Assembly: GCA_903879985.1 (NCBI GenBank)
Contig: CAIRNR010000007.1
Coordinates: 151,665 to 215,664 of the forward strand
Direction: 5' to 3'
From: an uncultured candidate division WWE3 bacterium
Lineage (GTDB): Bacteria > Patescibacteriota > WWE3 > UBA101185 > UBA10185
DNA length: 64,000 nucleotides
In this document: in pieces, positions 1 through 10,264 of the stretch
Position numbering within the stretch: the stretch's first letter is position 1
Layout of the letters: each line of letters opens with the position of its first letter
Notes under the pieces: model-generated
What the model was told of the DNA's origin: nothing
Database searches by the model: none
What the model saw: the letters and a program-made list of their open reading frames with translations, nothing else
Made by a program: the position numbers and the translations under genes

Positions 1-445
1 TTCGGCATTTGGTCCAAACGGATTTACCACATTTTGGACATACAATTTTATTGTTGGAAATAATTTGATCTAATTCTTCTAATGGTTTACCTTCAACGTT
101 TCCAATTGTTGGAACATTGTCTTCAATCAAATGGTCGGCGCGCGTACGAAACTTACAGTTTGTACAATCAACTAATACATTTGTAAAGTTAGCTGTGTGA
201 CCGGAGGCTTCCCAAACGTTTGGACTCATAAGGTTACATGTGTCTAAACCAAACATTTCTGGTCTGCGAGTTACGAAAAATTTCCACCACAAGTCAGCGA
301 TATTTTTCTTTAATAAAACGCCCAACGGACCAAAATCGTAAGTATTGGCTAAACCGCCATAAATCTCAGATCCTGGGAAAACAAAACCTCTGCGTTTACT
401 TAAAGAAACTACTTTTTGTAATACATCCGCATTTGTGTCTGACAT
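1..445 (-). CDS. glyQS: Glycine--tRNA ligase, class II dimeric GlyQS type, N-terminal about 148 aa. The gene continues beyond the left window edge. The ATG is the complement of 443-445.
   Basis: Minus-strand translation reads MSDTNADVLQKVVSLSKRRGFVFPGSEIYGGLANTYDFGPLGV...CPKCGK, typical of the GlyQS N-terminus. It is absent from the ORF track because it runs off the window edge. Confidence 0.8.
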   Translation of the reverse strand, partial: MSDTNADVLQKVVSLSKRRGFVFPGSEIYGGLANTYDFGPLGVLLKKNIADLWWKFFVTRRPEMFGLDTCNLMSPNVWEASGHTANFTNVLVDCTNCKFRTRADHLIEDNVPTIGNVEGKPLEELDQIISNNKIVCPKCGKSVWTKCR

Positions 446-474
446 ATGTGCATAGTATACCAAATTGGCCAAAT

Positions 475-1221
475 TTATCGATCAGTTAACTCTAAGCTCT
501 TAAAACGCACGTCTAAGTTATCACTTACAAAACCTTTTATCAACGAGTCCACCTGTTTAAGTACCTTAACATCCTGAACAGCGCCAGTAACCGGAAACTT
601 ACCTTTTTGCAGATCCTGAATCATGTAAACGGTATCGGGGAAAACCTTAAATCCAAATCCTTCGCAGTTATTGCAAATAAATCCACCCATATCCAGGTTA
701 AAGGAATAGCTGCTCCATGTGTTATCCATCTTGCGCTCGCACACAACACATTTGTCCAAGTTTAACGCGTAACCAAGTTTTTTTAGGAGATTTACTTCAA
801 AATAATTTACGGTTAAAGCTGTGTCCTGATTTAATTTTTTTAGCGTGCTTAGAAGTAAATAAAATATTTCCGGCGACGTATCGTCTTCTTCAACAGATCT
901 AAAAACGATTTCCGCCAAATAATATGCGCTCATTGAAATACTTAAGTCGTTTTTAATATCTCTAAAAGATTCCAAAACTACGGCTTCATCTAAGTTTTTG
1001 AAACCGGAGCTTTCGGTAAGTTTTAAACTTACATAATTTAAAGTATCTAGGTTGCCCGCACGTCTCGAAGTTATTTTTCGCACACCTCTTGCCAGAACAC
1101 GGACTTTTCCATAGTCACGCGTAAGTATCGTGTAAATTTTGTCTTTGTCGGCATAGTTTGTGCTTTTTAAGACAATTCCTTCGGTGTTGTATTTATGCAT
1201 GAGAACATTGTACCCCACCAA
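475..1221 (-). CDS. recO: DNA repair protein RecO. The track start is a TTG at 1221. A more likely ATG start is at 1200 (MHKYNTEGIVLKS...).
   Basis: N-terminal OB-fold region GIVLKSTNYADKDKIYTILTRDYGKVRVLARG and a C-terminal CxxC...CxxC zinc motif (CVVCERK...CNNCEG). The glyQS-recO neighbourhood is common. Confidence 0.75.
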   Translation of the reverse strand: MVGYNVLMHKYNTEGIVLKSTNYADKDKIYTILTRDYGKVRVLARGVRKITSRRAGNLDTLNYVSLKLTESSGFKNLDEAVVLESFRDIKNDLSISMSAYYLAEIVFRSVEEDDTSPEIFYLLLSTLKKLNQDTALTVNYFEVNLLKKLGYALNLDKCVVCERKMDNTWSSYSFNLDMGGFICNNCEGFGFKVFPDTVYMIQDLQKGKFPVTGAVQDVKVLKQVDSLIKGFVSDNLDVRFKSLELTDR

Positions 1222-1266
1222 AAAAGCTGGCGGGGTACAGATTTAATACGTTGAAGTTAAACTTTA

Positions 1267-3225
1267 TTAGAGTTTAAACGATACTGACTGATCCTGGGTT
1301 AAATCAATTTTCTTATTTTGGTTACCATATATAAACGTATATGGCTCACTATCAATACCACCTTGTTTTTGCAACGTTAAGTTATATGTAGCTGGTCCAA
1401 CTGTACCTTCTGGCAAATAATACTTAAATGTCATTGTTTTTGTTTGACCTGGTGTTAACTCAACGTAACCACTGAACCAAACCTTATTTGACTCTTGATC
1501 TGTCGTTGTACCATCCTCGGAACCATCTACAGATACAAACTCCGAACCGACTGGGGCATATATACGTAGCCAATCCTTGAACCCTTTAACAAATGGATCA
1601 AACTGACTATCAGGTTGTGTGTAGGTGTATTTAACGGCAACTGTTCTTAACCAGCGATTGCCACTTTTTTCTACTGTGCTTGTTACATCTTTGTGTACGA
1701 ACCAGTTTGTCTTATCGCCACCAAGGTTTGTAGAAATAACGGCCAAGTAATCACCTTTCACATCAGTAGCAATACGACCGCCCAAACCATATTTATCAAC
1801 CAATGCCTCAGCTTGAGGATCAAACAAGTAGGCTTGGATATGTTTTCTCATAGACAAATCAACACCCTTTTGTATTATTTGCGCCCATAGGTTTTTGTCG
1901 GATTCAAAAACATTAATCAACATTGCCTGCATTAAATCACCCAATACTTTTTTACGATTTGCTTGTTCCTGTAATTCAAGAGAGGCAATTCTTTCAAGTT
2001 CTAAAACAACGTTATCTTTTGTATACGTAACACCATTAACTGTTACTGGTCCAGTTACAGCTAAAAGCTCTGAAATAACTTGAGTATCAATAGCCACAAT
2101 ACCGTCAACAGGTTTTACTTCAGCAGGACTAATACGACCAGCCATATTATAAAACTTCATGAATTGATCCATTGAGGTAACAAAATCAGGTGAATAGTTC
2201 ATATCACGGGCATACCAACGTGTATTCTTTAAATATTTCTGGTAAGCAGGTGGTGCTGTTGGAAAAGTATAAGTAGCATCAATTATATTCAAAGTTAAAT
2301 CAACACTGTACATATCTTTTGAAGTGAAATCAGATTGCAATAAACCATTATCAATCTTGAATGTAGCGTAGTTAGTCATAAAACCACCAGTAGGTCTTAT
2401 TTCCTTATCGTTCTGCATAATAATCATGTATCTTTTTACAGGAGTGTTTACGCCAAGAGTACCAGGAAATATTGTTAAAGCTTGTTTTATATCAGGGCCA
2501 TAGTCATTAGCTTTGGACAATGTGTCTTTAATAAAAGAAATGTCTTGTCGAACTTGAATACCTTGAATATTTTCAGGATATTTATCAACATTTACAGGTC
2601 CCAAATCATTTCCCACTTTAGATACAGCGGCAATAACACCATCCATTTGACCAGCAACCTGTGGCATTAATGAAATCCAACTCTGAAATGCTTGCATCAA
2701 ACCTTTTTGAACAGGAGCCTGTTGAGAAGCTGAAACTTTTAAACCAGCGGCATCAGCAAAGGGAGTTACAACTTTTTCAATCTCTTTAATTGCAGCTACA
2801 CTATCATGTCCGGCTTGAACAAACCTGTCTGAGTCTGAGTAAAACTCATTAACCTTAAAAAGTGGAATATTCTTTGCCCAACCAAAGCTTTTATCTCTTT
2901 GGGTCTTAAATGTATCTAAATCCTTTTCTGTTTTGTTTAGTGTTAAGTCAAGCGCGACGAGATCACGGCCTTGCATAGCGACACCAATTTGAGAAGAATC
3001 TGACTTTAATAAGTTTATTGCAGAAATTACGTCGTAAGAAGGTTTTACTACAAAGAAATAGCCTAAACCTGCTAATACTGCGACAACAACCAAAATAATA
3101 ACGCCCGTTACCCCTAAACCTTTAGCCAGTTTAGTGCTTTTTGGCGAACTACCCGAAACTTTATTTGTAGATCTAGGAACATTATTGCTACCCGAACTTT
3201 GTCCCCAAAATTGTGAATTATTCAT
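1267..3225 (-). CDS. Membrane-anchored extracytoplasmic protein, DUF4012-like, 652 aa.
   Basis: The N-terminus is Ser/Lys-rich and followed by a single TM helix (GVTGVIILVVVAVLAGLGYFFVV). A conserved EIRPTGGF motif is reminiscent of the DUF4012 family. It lies directly downstream of a polyprenyl-phosphate sugar transferase. Confidence 0.5.
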   Translation of the reverse strand: MNNSQFWGQSSGSNNVPRSTNKVSGSSPKSTKLAKGLGVTGVIILVVVAVLAGLGYFFVVKPSYDVISAINLLKSDSSQIGVAMQGRDLVALDLTLNKTEKDLDTFKTQRDKSFGWAKNIPLFKVNEFYSDSDRFVQAGHDSVAAIKEIEKVVTPFADAAGLKVSASQQAPVQKGLMQAFQSWISLMPQVAGQMDGVIAAVSKVGNDLGPVNVDKYPENIQGIQVRQDISFIKDTLSKANDYGPDIKQALTIFPGTLGVNTPVKRYMIIMQNDKEIRPTGGFMTNYATFKIDNGLLQSDFTSKDMYSVDLTLNIIDATYTFPTAPPAYQKYLKNTRWYARDMNYSPDFVTSMDQFMKFYNMAGRISPAEVKPVDGIVAIDTQVISELLAVTGPVTVNGVTYTKDNVVLELERIASLELQEQANRKKVLGDLMQAMLINVFESDKNLWAQIIQKGVDLSMRKHIQAYLFDPQAEALVDKYGLGGRIATDVKGDYLAVISTNLGGDKTNWFVHKDVTSTVEKSGNRWLRTVAVKYTYTQPDSQFDPFVKGFKDWLRIYAPVGSEFVSVDGSEDGTTTDQESNKVWFSGYVELTPGQTKTMTFKYYLPEGTVGPATYNLTLQKQGGIDSEPYTFIYGNQNKKIDLTQDQSVSFKL

Positions 3226-3231
3226 AAATTA

Positions 3232-3867
3232 TTAATAGGCTCCTTTACCTGTTAAAACAACTAATGGCGTCTTAAATATGATCATTAGATCATACAGCAA
3301 AGAACGCTTTTTTGCATACGAGGCATCCAATTTTACTCTAGCGTCAAAAGATAAGCTAGAGCGACCGCTTATTTGCCATAAACCTGTTAAACCTGGCTTT
3401 ACCGAGTAAACAACCTGCATTAAATCTTTTAGGTCTGGGTGGGTTTCAAGCTGTTTATCCACTTCAAATGGATAATAGGCACGGGGTCCAACAAAGCTCA
3501 TTTCACCACGCAAAATATTAAAGAACTGTGGAAGCTCATCAATACTGGATTTACGGATAAACTTTGCGCCTTTAATTAATCTTGGATCAGGGTCAAGTTT
3601 AAAATTATTCTCTTGGTATTTTTTAAGCAACTCAGGCTGACTCATAAGCCATTCGTGAGCATGCGGAATCATTGAACGAAATTTAAAGAATTTGAATGTT
3701 TTACCATCCTTACCTACGCGTAAGGGCGTATCAGCAAGTACTGGTCCGCTTGGAGAAACAAGTTTAATCCAAATGGAGGCACCAAGCATTAAAGGTGCAC
3801 TGAAAACAATGCCACATAGAGAAATCACAATATCCATTATTCGTTTAGAAATATCGTAGAAGCTCAT
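3232..3867 (-). CDS. Polyprenyl-phosphate sugar phosphotransferase (Bac_transf family, small PglC/WbaP C-terminal type). This is the initiating enzyme.
   Basis: Has an N-terminal TM helix. The signature DELPQFFNILRGEMSFVGPRA matches the bacterial sugar transferase motif. Confidence 0.85.
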   Translation of the reverse strand: MSFYDISKRIMDIVISLCGIVFSAPLMLGASIWIKLVSPSGPVLADTPLRVGKDGKTFKFFKFRSMIPHAHEWLMSQPELLKKYQENNFKLDPDPRLIKGAKFIRKSSIDELPQFFNILRGEMSFVGPRAYYPFEVDKQLETHPDLKDLMQVVYSVKPGLTGLWQISGRSSLSFDARVKLDASYAKKRSLLYDLMIIFKTPLVVLTGKGAY

Positions 3868-4997
3868 GTTAAGTCCTTTAAGTATACACTATTAACAAAT
3901 GTGACGAATTTTTCGGTAAAAACTTTACTACTAAATTTAGATGCATGGCGCTGGCATTTTAGTGAATTGTATTTTTCGGGCTCGAAGTTTTTGAGAACTT
4001 GCATAAGGCTACTGGAAGTTTGTTTATCAAAAAATTCACCTGTTTCTCCCGCGATAACAGTTTCTAGGGCACCACCACTGCGGTAAGCGATAACGGGCTT
4101 ACCCAAGGACATTGCCTCAACCGGAACTATTCCAAAATCTTCGCTTTGAGTATTTATGAGTGCTAAACAATTTTCTATTAATCTAGATTTTTCGTGTTCT
4201 GAAACATGCCCCAAAAAAGTTGTATTTTTTCCAGAAATATTTTTAAGTCGTTCAGTATCACTACCCTCACCAACTATAATTAATTTTAGTCCCAATTCTT
4301 CGCAAGCTTGAATCGCGATATCGACATGTTTCCAAGCAACAAGTCGGGTTATTACTAAATAATAAGGCGTACTGGTGGATTGTTCGGCTAAAGCAGCATC
4401 AGATTTTTTAATATCGGCGAAAGGATTTATTAAAACGCTTTCACGGCCATAATACTTGTTGATTCGATTTTTTGTGACAACACTATTGGAAATAAAATGA
4501 TCGACACGTTGCGCGGCACAGTAATCCATAATTCTAATTAAAGACAAAGGTAACTGTAAAAAGAACGCGGCTAAATTTTTTAGAATATAGCTACCGCCAA
4601 AACTTTCATTTTCAAAATAATCTGCGGATTCCCAAAACATACGGCCGGGCGAATGACAATAACAAATATGTAAAGTTGAAGGCTTTGTAACAATAAAATG
4701 TGAATATCTTGAAGACAAACTTATTACTACATCAAACTCAGAAAAATCGAAACTTTCAAAAGCTAATATGTGTAAAAGAAAAACTGAATACACGCGATTA
4801 AGTTTTACAGCAAAAGGGAATTTTTGTAGAAATGACGTATACACATCTACACCGGATTTTTTATATTTTTCCAACCAACGTTTACTGGCAACCGAGGTAT
4901 AAACAGGTGCATCGGGAAAAATCTCGGAAACTAATTTTACAACCTTTTCTGCTCCACCGAACTGAATGAGATCATCACAGACTATTGCCAATTTCAT
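3864..4997 (-). CDS. Glycosyltransferase family 4 (GT-B).
   Basis: N-terminus MKLAIVCDDLIQFGGAEKVV. The C-terminal E-x7-E-like region reads SEDFGIVPVEAMSLGKPVIA. Confidence 0.85.
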   Translation of the reverse strand: MKLAIVCDDLIQFGGAEKVVKLVSEIFPDAPVYTSVASKRWLEKYKKSGVDVYTSFLQKFPFAVKLNRVYSVFLLHILAFESFDFSEFDVVISLSSRYSHFIVTKPSTLHICYCHSPGRMFWESADYFENESFGGSYILKNLAAFFLQLPLSLIRIMDYCAAQRVDHFISNSVVTKNRINKYYGRESVLINPFADIKKSDAALAEQSTSTPYYLVITRLVAWKHVDIAIQACEELGLKLIIVGEGSDTERLKNISGKNTTFLGHVSEHEKSRLIENCLALINTQSEDFGIVPVEAMSLGKPVIAYRSGGALETVIAGETGEFFDKQTSSSLMQVLKNFEPEKYNSLKCQRHASKFSSKVFTEKFVTFVNSVYLKDLT

Positions 4998-5016
4998 AGA
5001 TGATTAAGATTATACT

Positions 5017-6210
5017 ATGCAATTACTACAACGTAGCATCGCGGTAGCTTATACACTAAATAGCCTCTATAATAGACCCATAATGTTAATAGCACTTAAC
5101 GGACAACGTATTTTAATGCAAAACCCAGCAGGACCAGAGAAATATACAATAAATATGTACTCTGCCCTATCCAAAGTTGATACAACCAACAAATACGTGG
5201 TTTATTTTGAAAACGAACCTAGTGCAGAATTCTGGAAAAGTCTATGCAGTAACAACCCAAACTGGGCATATAAAGTACTTCCGAAAAAATACTCCTGGAC
5301 ACAATACTCACTTGGCAAGGAATTATTCAAAAACACACCAGATGTGTTCTTTACCCCAATACACACATTACCTGTAATTAGGCCACTAAAGACAAAGTAT
5401 GTAGTAATGGTTCATGGTTTGGAATATGGCTTTACAAAAAATAATGCTAACTGGTTTCAAAAATTAGTTTTAGGAAAAACCGAATGGTATGTTTGTACAT
5501 TCGCAAACAAACTCATTGTTCCAACACAAGCGACAAAACAAAAGATACTAAAAAAAGGATGGACTGAAGATTCTAAAATTGAAATAGTAAATGAAGGAGT
5601 ATCACCAACTTTTTATAAACGCCCACCTGAAGAAATAAAAACTGTATTAACAAGGTACAACTTACAAAATAATCCTTATCTGATTTTTGTTTCAACAATT
5701 CAACCACGAAAAAACTTGCCAAGAACAATTGAGGCTTTCGCAAAAGCTGTAAAAAGTAATTCCCAGTTAGCATTTGAAAAACTAGTGATTGTTGGTAAAA
5801 AAGGTTGGGAGTTCGAAGAATCATTGGCAGCGCCAAAAAAGTTTGGCATTGAAAACAACGTTATATTTTTAGGTCGCGCTCCCGATGAAGACTTACCTGC
5901 CTTAATTTCAGGTGCACAAGGTTATGTTAATTTTTCACTTGAGGAAGGATTTGGTCTGCCATTATTAGAGTCTTTTGCGTGTGAAACCCCAACAGCAATT
6001 TCCGATATCCCCGCGTTTGTGGAAGTTGGAGAAGATACACCAATTTATGCAAATCCAGAAAATGTTGATCAAATCTCAGCAGCAATTGTACAACTACTGA
6101 ATTACGCACCAAATCCACAAAATGTTTTAAAGGGAAAACAACACTCGCAAAAGTTCACATGGGAAAACACAGCGAGAAAAACTTTGGATGTACTTTTGAA
6201 TCTTAAATAA
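5017..6210 (+). CDS. Glycosyltransferase family 4. The probable true start is the internal Met near 5083 (MLIALNG...).
   Basis: EGFGLPLLESFACETPTAISDIPAFVEVGED motif. It is divergent from the minus-strand GT4 gene. Confidence 0.85.
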   Translation: MQLLQRSIAVAYTLNSLYNRPIMLIALNGQRILMQNPAGPEKYTINMYSALSKVDTTNKYVVYFENEPSAEFWKSLCSNNPNWAYKVLPKKYSWTQYSLGKELFKNTPDVFFTPIHTLPVIRPLKTKYVVMVHGLEYGFTKNNANWFQKLVLGKTEWYVCTFANKLIVPTQATKQKILKKGWTEDSKIEIVNEGVSPTFYKRPPEEIKTVLTRYNLQNNPYLIFVSTIQPRKNLPRTIEAFAKAVKSNSQLAFEKLVIVGKKGWEFEESLAAPKKFGIENNVIFLGRAPDEDLPALISGAQGYVNFSLEEGFGLPLLESFACETPTAISDIPAFVEVGEDTPIYANPENVDQISAAIVQLLNYAPNPQNVLKGKQHSQKFTWENTARKTLDVLLNLK

Positions 6211-7339
6211 ATTTCTGAAAAACAGAAAACGTAATTTTTGCAGTATCCAGCCAACTAAATTTCTTAACTTGCTCATAACCTTTTTTTATAAGTGATTTTT
6301 GCAAATCAGTATCTGATAGAGCTAGATTTATTTTAGCAGCAATATCATCAACATTTAGCGGATCAAAATAAACCACTGAGTCGTCATAAATCTCACGATG
6401 TACCGGAATATCGGATATAACACAAGGTAAACCTTGAACTTGCGCTTCCAATGGCGTTAAGCTAAATCCCTCTTTTAATGAAGGAAAAACATAAAGCTGG
6501 GCTGCTCGACGCAATGCCACAACCATTTTATCTGAAATATACTCGTTCAATCCAGGTAATAATATTTTAGATTCAAGATGCTTACTGTTTACAAGAGTGG
6601 CAATTTTTTCAGAAAACTTATCTCTTTTTCCTACTAACAATAGTTTTCCTTGATAATTATATTTATTAATTAATATCTCAAATGCATCAACCAACCTAGG
6701 CAAATTTTTATGTTCATAAGCACTACTTACATAAAGTAAAAAAGGTTTTTCCACACCAATTTGTTTAAGTACTTCTTCTGAGGTCAAGTCTGTATCTAAA
6801 TAATTAGGATCAACACCTTCGTAAGCTAAAACATATTTATCAGTAGAAATCTGCGGATATACTTTTTTAAAATCGTTAAGAACATCTTGCGAAGGCACTA
6901 TTACTTTTTTGGATCTAAATACTGCCCACCATACGACCATTTTGTATACAAACTTTTTAAATCTAAAGTAGGGTTTTGGCAAAGTAGTTCCAGCCTCGGT
7001 ACTGAAACTATGCATAATAATATCGGGAATAGCAGTTACGATTTTTTTAGGATACAAAACAGGAATATTAAAGTGAGGCACGTAAAACAAATCCAGATTG
7101 TATTTTAACAGTAAAAATAGAAATGGAATTTGTTCACTCCATGTATACCATTTGTAATCAGCCAAGACTTTTTTAAAATTCGGATTTTGAGGTTTATACG
7201 CTTCAAAGCCACGTGGTCTTAAAAAAACAATATATTCATTTTCCAAATCCACTTGCTCTAAATGCTTAACGATGTTGTTAACATACCTTCCTGGTCCGGC
7301 TTCATCATAAAATCTGCAATCTAAACCTATGCGTTTCAT
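6203..7339 (-). CDS. Glycosyltransferase family 4.
   Basis: MKRIGLDCRFYDE N-terminus and an EGFSLTPLEAQVQGLPCVISDIP motif. Confidence 0.85.
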   Translation of the reverse strand: MKRIGLDCRFYDEAGPGRYVNNIVKHLEQVDLENEYIVFLRPRGFEAYKPQNPNFKKVLADYKWYTWSEQIPFLFLLLKYNLDLFYVPHFNIPVLYPKKIVTAIPDIIMHSFSTEAGTTLPKPYFRFKKFVYKMVVWWAVFRSKKVIVPSQDVLNDFKKVYPQISTDKYVLAYEGVDPNYLDTDLTSEEVLKQIGVEKPFLLYVSSAYEHKNLPRLVDAFEILINKYNYQGKLLLVGKRDKFSEKIATLVNSKHLESKILLPGLNEYISDKMVVALRRAAQLYVFPSLKEGFSLTPLEAQVQGLPCVISDIPVHREIYDDSVVYFDPLNVDDIAAKINLALSDTDLQKSLIKKGYEQVKKFSWLDTAKITFSVFQKFI

Positions 7340-10263
7340 TTTTGAAGTAACGCTGCTGCTTGCTTAGCCTCAGCCTCCTGTTGAGCTAAAACTTTTGCAT
7401 CATGATCTACTTTAGAATCGAAATACCACAGAACGTAATCTCCATCATATTGAACAACAACGGGCGGATAAGTCTTACCTATTACTTGTGAGGAGTATCG
7501 CCCGGACTTAGTTAACAGAATTAATGGAACATTAGGATCTACTTCGGGCACCCGATCTTTTTTAGTAGGTTCAAAGTCTATAACCTCGTAAGGACTGTCT
7601 GTATAAAACATTACAACCGGATCTTCGATACGATCAACGTAAACCTTATCCTTTGTTCCGAATTTTGAATCTTTAAGCTGCAATAATCGCGCCTCAGAAC
7701 CAGTTAAATCAGAACTGAACGCCAGGTTTCTGTTTAAAAATAGATAAAAGAATCCAAAAATAAATAGTACAAATATTGTTAAAAACTTAACTGAAACTGT
7801 ATTTAATCGACTGAATTTTTCGTAAACAAACTTCAAAACAGTATCTATAAAGTTTCCTGCTATTATTGCCAACGCCGGATATATTGGAATTATGTACCAA
7901 ATAAGTTTTGATTTTGCGATCGAAAAAAAGAAAAATATAAACAAAGCCCAAATAACAAGCAAAACATATCGTGAATCTTTTTTGATAATTTTAAAAATAC
8001 TAAAAATTAAACCTGGTATTAAAACCAAAAACCAAACGCGCATGCTTACCTTTATTACTGTTAAATACCAAAAGAATGGTTTCCCTTTGTCTTCAATAGA
8101 TTCGGTAGCGCGGTCCCATACATGGTAGCCAATATAATTTTTCAAAAACGACATTCCATACTTTTCGTACATGAAAATATGCCAAGGCATAAAAACTACT
8201 AACGCAGAAACAATAAGTGTTACATATCCCCAAACGAGTTTTTTCGTAAACTTTTGAGACTTTGTTAATAAGGCATATATTTCGTATAAGAAAATAATTG
8301 GAAATGGTATCAAACCAACTACACCCTTGATCATTACACCAAGACCGATTGACACCCCCGATAATATCCAGTAGGCCAGTTTTCCTTTGTCTTTTGCGAA
8401 AGAATAAAAGTATATGGATAACAAAATGAAAAACGTAGTGCTTACGTCGGTCATTGCACTGCGCGAATAATAGATAAATTGAACAGTTGTAAGCAATATA
8501 AGTGCCGAAATAAAACCGGTTGTCTTACTAAACCATTTGGATCCTAGCATGAATACAATCACCACCGATAAAAACCCTAGAATTGCACTTGGCAAACGAG
8601 CTGCCCATTCATTTACGCCAATAACTTTCATAGCACCAGCCATAAGCCACATATACAAAGGTGGTTTTTCGTACCAAACCTTATTTGGTTTCCAATACAT
8701 ATCTAGCCAGTTTCCTGAAACAACCATGTTTTTAGAAATCTTTGCGTATATTGCCTCATCCCAAGGAACCAAATGATTTGTACCTAAATTAACAAACAAA
8801 ATTAATGCACTCACAACCAAGACTATTAACAACAAACTTCTGGTAGAACCTAACAAGCTAGACAATATTTCTGAAAATGAAACTTGGTTTCTTACAATGC
8901 TGTGAGCCCAAATGAAATATAAAAATAAGATTATCCAAAAAAATTCTGTATTGTAGGAATAAAATATTCCTGCCACATATAACCCAATAATTGCGCTGAA
9001 CATACCCGCGGATAAAAGATAATTTTTCAGGTCGGTCGATTTAAGTGCCATATACAACAGCGTCATAAGTAGTACACAACTAAAAAGAAGATACGCAGAA
9101 AGTCCAAGAATTCCTGTCTCTGAAACAAGTTCACCCCAAATGGTATGTGCAGGAACCCTTGTGCTTAAAGCTGCAGGATCCCGCCCAAAAAATACTGGTG
9201 CAGTTTTAGTAGAACTAAATTGTTCAAAGAACGAGCCATAACCTCCACCAAGATATGGATATTTTTCAAACACTTCAACAGCGCCTTGAAGTAATAAAAA
9301 GTGTGAATCGTAGGAATCCATTCTATAGTGAAAATAATTGCGGATAGCAGCTCTAAATGGACTGCTTTTTATACTATAAAAATAGCCTATGGGTGCAGAA
9401 ATAATTATCAACCCAATGAGAACATACATTACGCCCTTAACACCGATCTTTTTGAAGAGAAGAACACTAAGTAATACTAGAAACTCTACTCCTGCTAAAA
9501 TCCATGAGGATCGAGAGTTCGTTAAAAATACAGCAGCGGCAATAGAAATAAACATTAATATATTTAGTAACTTGAGCTTGATATTTTTTTCGGTAAAGGC
9601 AAATATAGCAATAATAGGTAAAACTACAGCAAGCAGTGCGCCATACTGATTTACATCCCAAAATAGCGAACCTAATCGAGGCAGGTTTTCTGGAACATTC
9701 CATAAGGCACCAATTATTATGTTGTAGCGCATAAACAAAAACATTTGAATGTAACCAAAAAGTGTTAATGCAAAAACTGTGTATGTATAAAATTTAATAT
9801 ATTTAACAACTTGTAGTGTGTTTTCCCGTAACGAGAAATATAGATAAATTCCCAGAGCTACTATAGCAGTCAAGAATCCAAACAAAGATACGCTTGCAGA
9901 CATATTTTTACTGAAATATATTGAAACACCTGCAGCTATCCAATAAAACAACAAAGCAGCTACAAAAGGTTCTTTTATAGATGCAATGATTTCTGAAAAA
10001 AAGAATTTAACGTCTATACCTTTTCCTTTTGGACTTCGTGACCCACTAGAAACAAATCTGGTATATAACTTAACAATCCCAGCGCAAAGTACGGCAAAAA
10101 TATAACCACGTACCGGTAACAAATCCCAGCGATAGAAGCTGAACAACTCCTTGTGCATGAATACCGACAATATCAGCAAAATATAAACGGAAAATTTAAA
10201 GTCCCGCAAAATAAGGAAAAAACATATTAAAAATATTGCAATAACAACTGCGAGTTCTAACAT
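7336..10263 (-). CDS. 975-aa polytopic membrane protein: N-terminal Wzy_C-like (O-antigen ligase/polymerase) domain fused to a GT-C PMT_2/ArnT-like domain, with a soluble C-terminal domain.
   Basis: LTNSRSSWILAG is an O-antigen ligase-like motif. Mid-region YEKPPLYMWLMAGAMKVIGVNEWAARLPSAILG...YYSRSAMTDV resembles GT39/ArnT. There are many TM segments and a C-terminal hydrophilic tail. Confidence 0.7.
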   Translation of the reverse strand: MLELAVVIAIFLICFFLILRDFKFSVYILLILSVFMHKELFSFYRWDLLPVRGYIFAVLCAGIVKLYTRFVSSGSRSPKGKGIDVKFFFSEIIASIKEPFVAALLFYWIAAGVSIYFSKNMSASVSLFGFLTAIVALGIYLYFSLRENTLQVVKYIKFYTYTVFALTLFGYIQMFLFMRYNIIIGALWNVPENLPRLGSLFWDVNQYGALLAVVLPIIAIFAFTEKNIKLKLLNILMFISIAAAVFLTNSRSSWILAGVEFLVLLSVLLFKKIGVKGVMYVLIGLIIISAPIGYFYSIKSSPFRAAIRNYFHYRMDSYDSHFLLLQGAVEVFEKYPYLGGGYGSFFEQFSSTKTAPVFFGRDPAALSTRVPAHTIWGELVSETGILGLSAYLLFSCVLLMTLLYMALKSTDLKNYLLSAGMFSAIIGLYVAGIFYSYNTEFFWIILFLYFIWAHSIVRNQVSFSEILSSLLGSTRSLLLIVLVVSALILFVNLGTNHLVPWDEAIYAKISKNMVVSGNWLDMYWKPNKVWYEKPPLYMWLMAGAMKVIGVNEWAARLPSAILGFLSVVIVFMLGSKWFSKTTGFISALILLTTVQFIYYSRSAMTDVSTTFFILLSIYFYSFAKDKGKLAYWILSGVSIGLGVMIKGVVGLIPFPIIFLYEIYALLTKSQKFTKKLVWGYVTLIVSALVVFMPWHIFMYEKYGMSFLKNYIGYHVWDRATESIEDKGKPFFWYLTVIKVSMRVWFLVLIPGLIFSIFKIIKKDSRYVLLVIWALFIFFFFSIAKSKLIWYIIPIYPALAIIAGNFIDTVLKFVYEKFSRLNTVSVKFLTIFVLFIFGFFYLFLNRNLAFSSDLTGSEARLLQLKDSKFGTKDKVYVDRIEDPVVMFYTDSPYEVIDFEPTKKDRVPEVDPNVPLILLTKSGRYSSQVIGKTYPPVVVQYDGDYVLWYFDSKVDHDAKVLAQQEAEAKQAAALLQK

Positions 10264-10264
10264 A

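Noticed and set aside
238-489. 83-aa plus-strand ORF.
   Set aside because: It lies antisense inside the well-supported glyQS N-terminal coding region and has no Shine-Dalgarno or motif. It is a spurious low-GC ORF.
5017-5082. 22-aa N-terminal extension of the plus-strand GT4 gene.
   Set aside because: The extension would leave only 19 bp for two divergent promoters. The GT4 N-terminal consensus starts at the internal Met (MLIALNG...).
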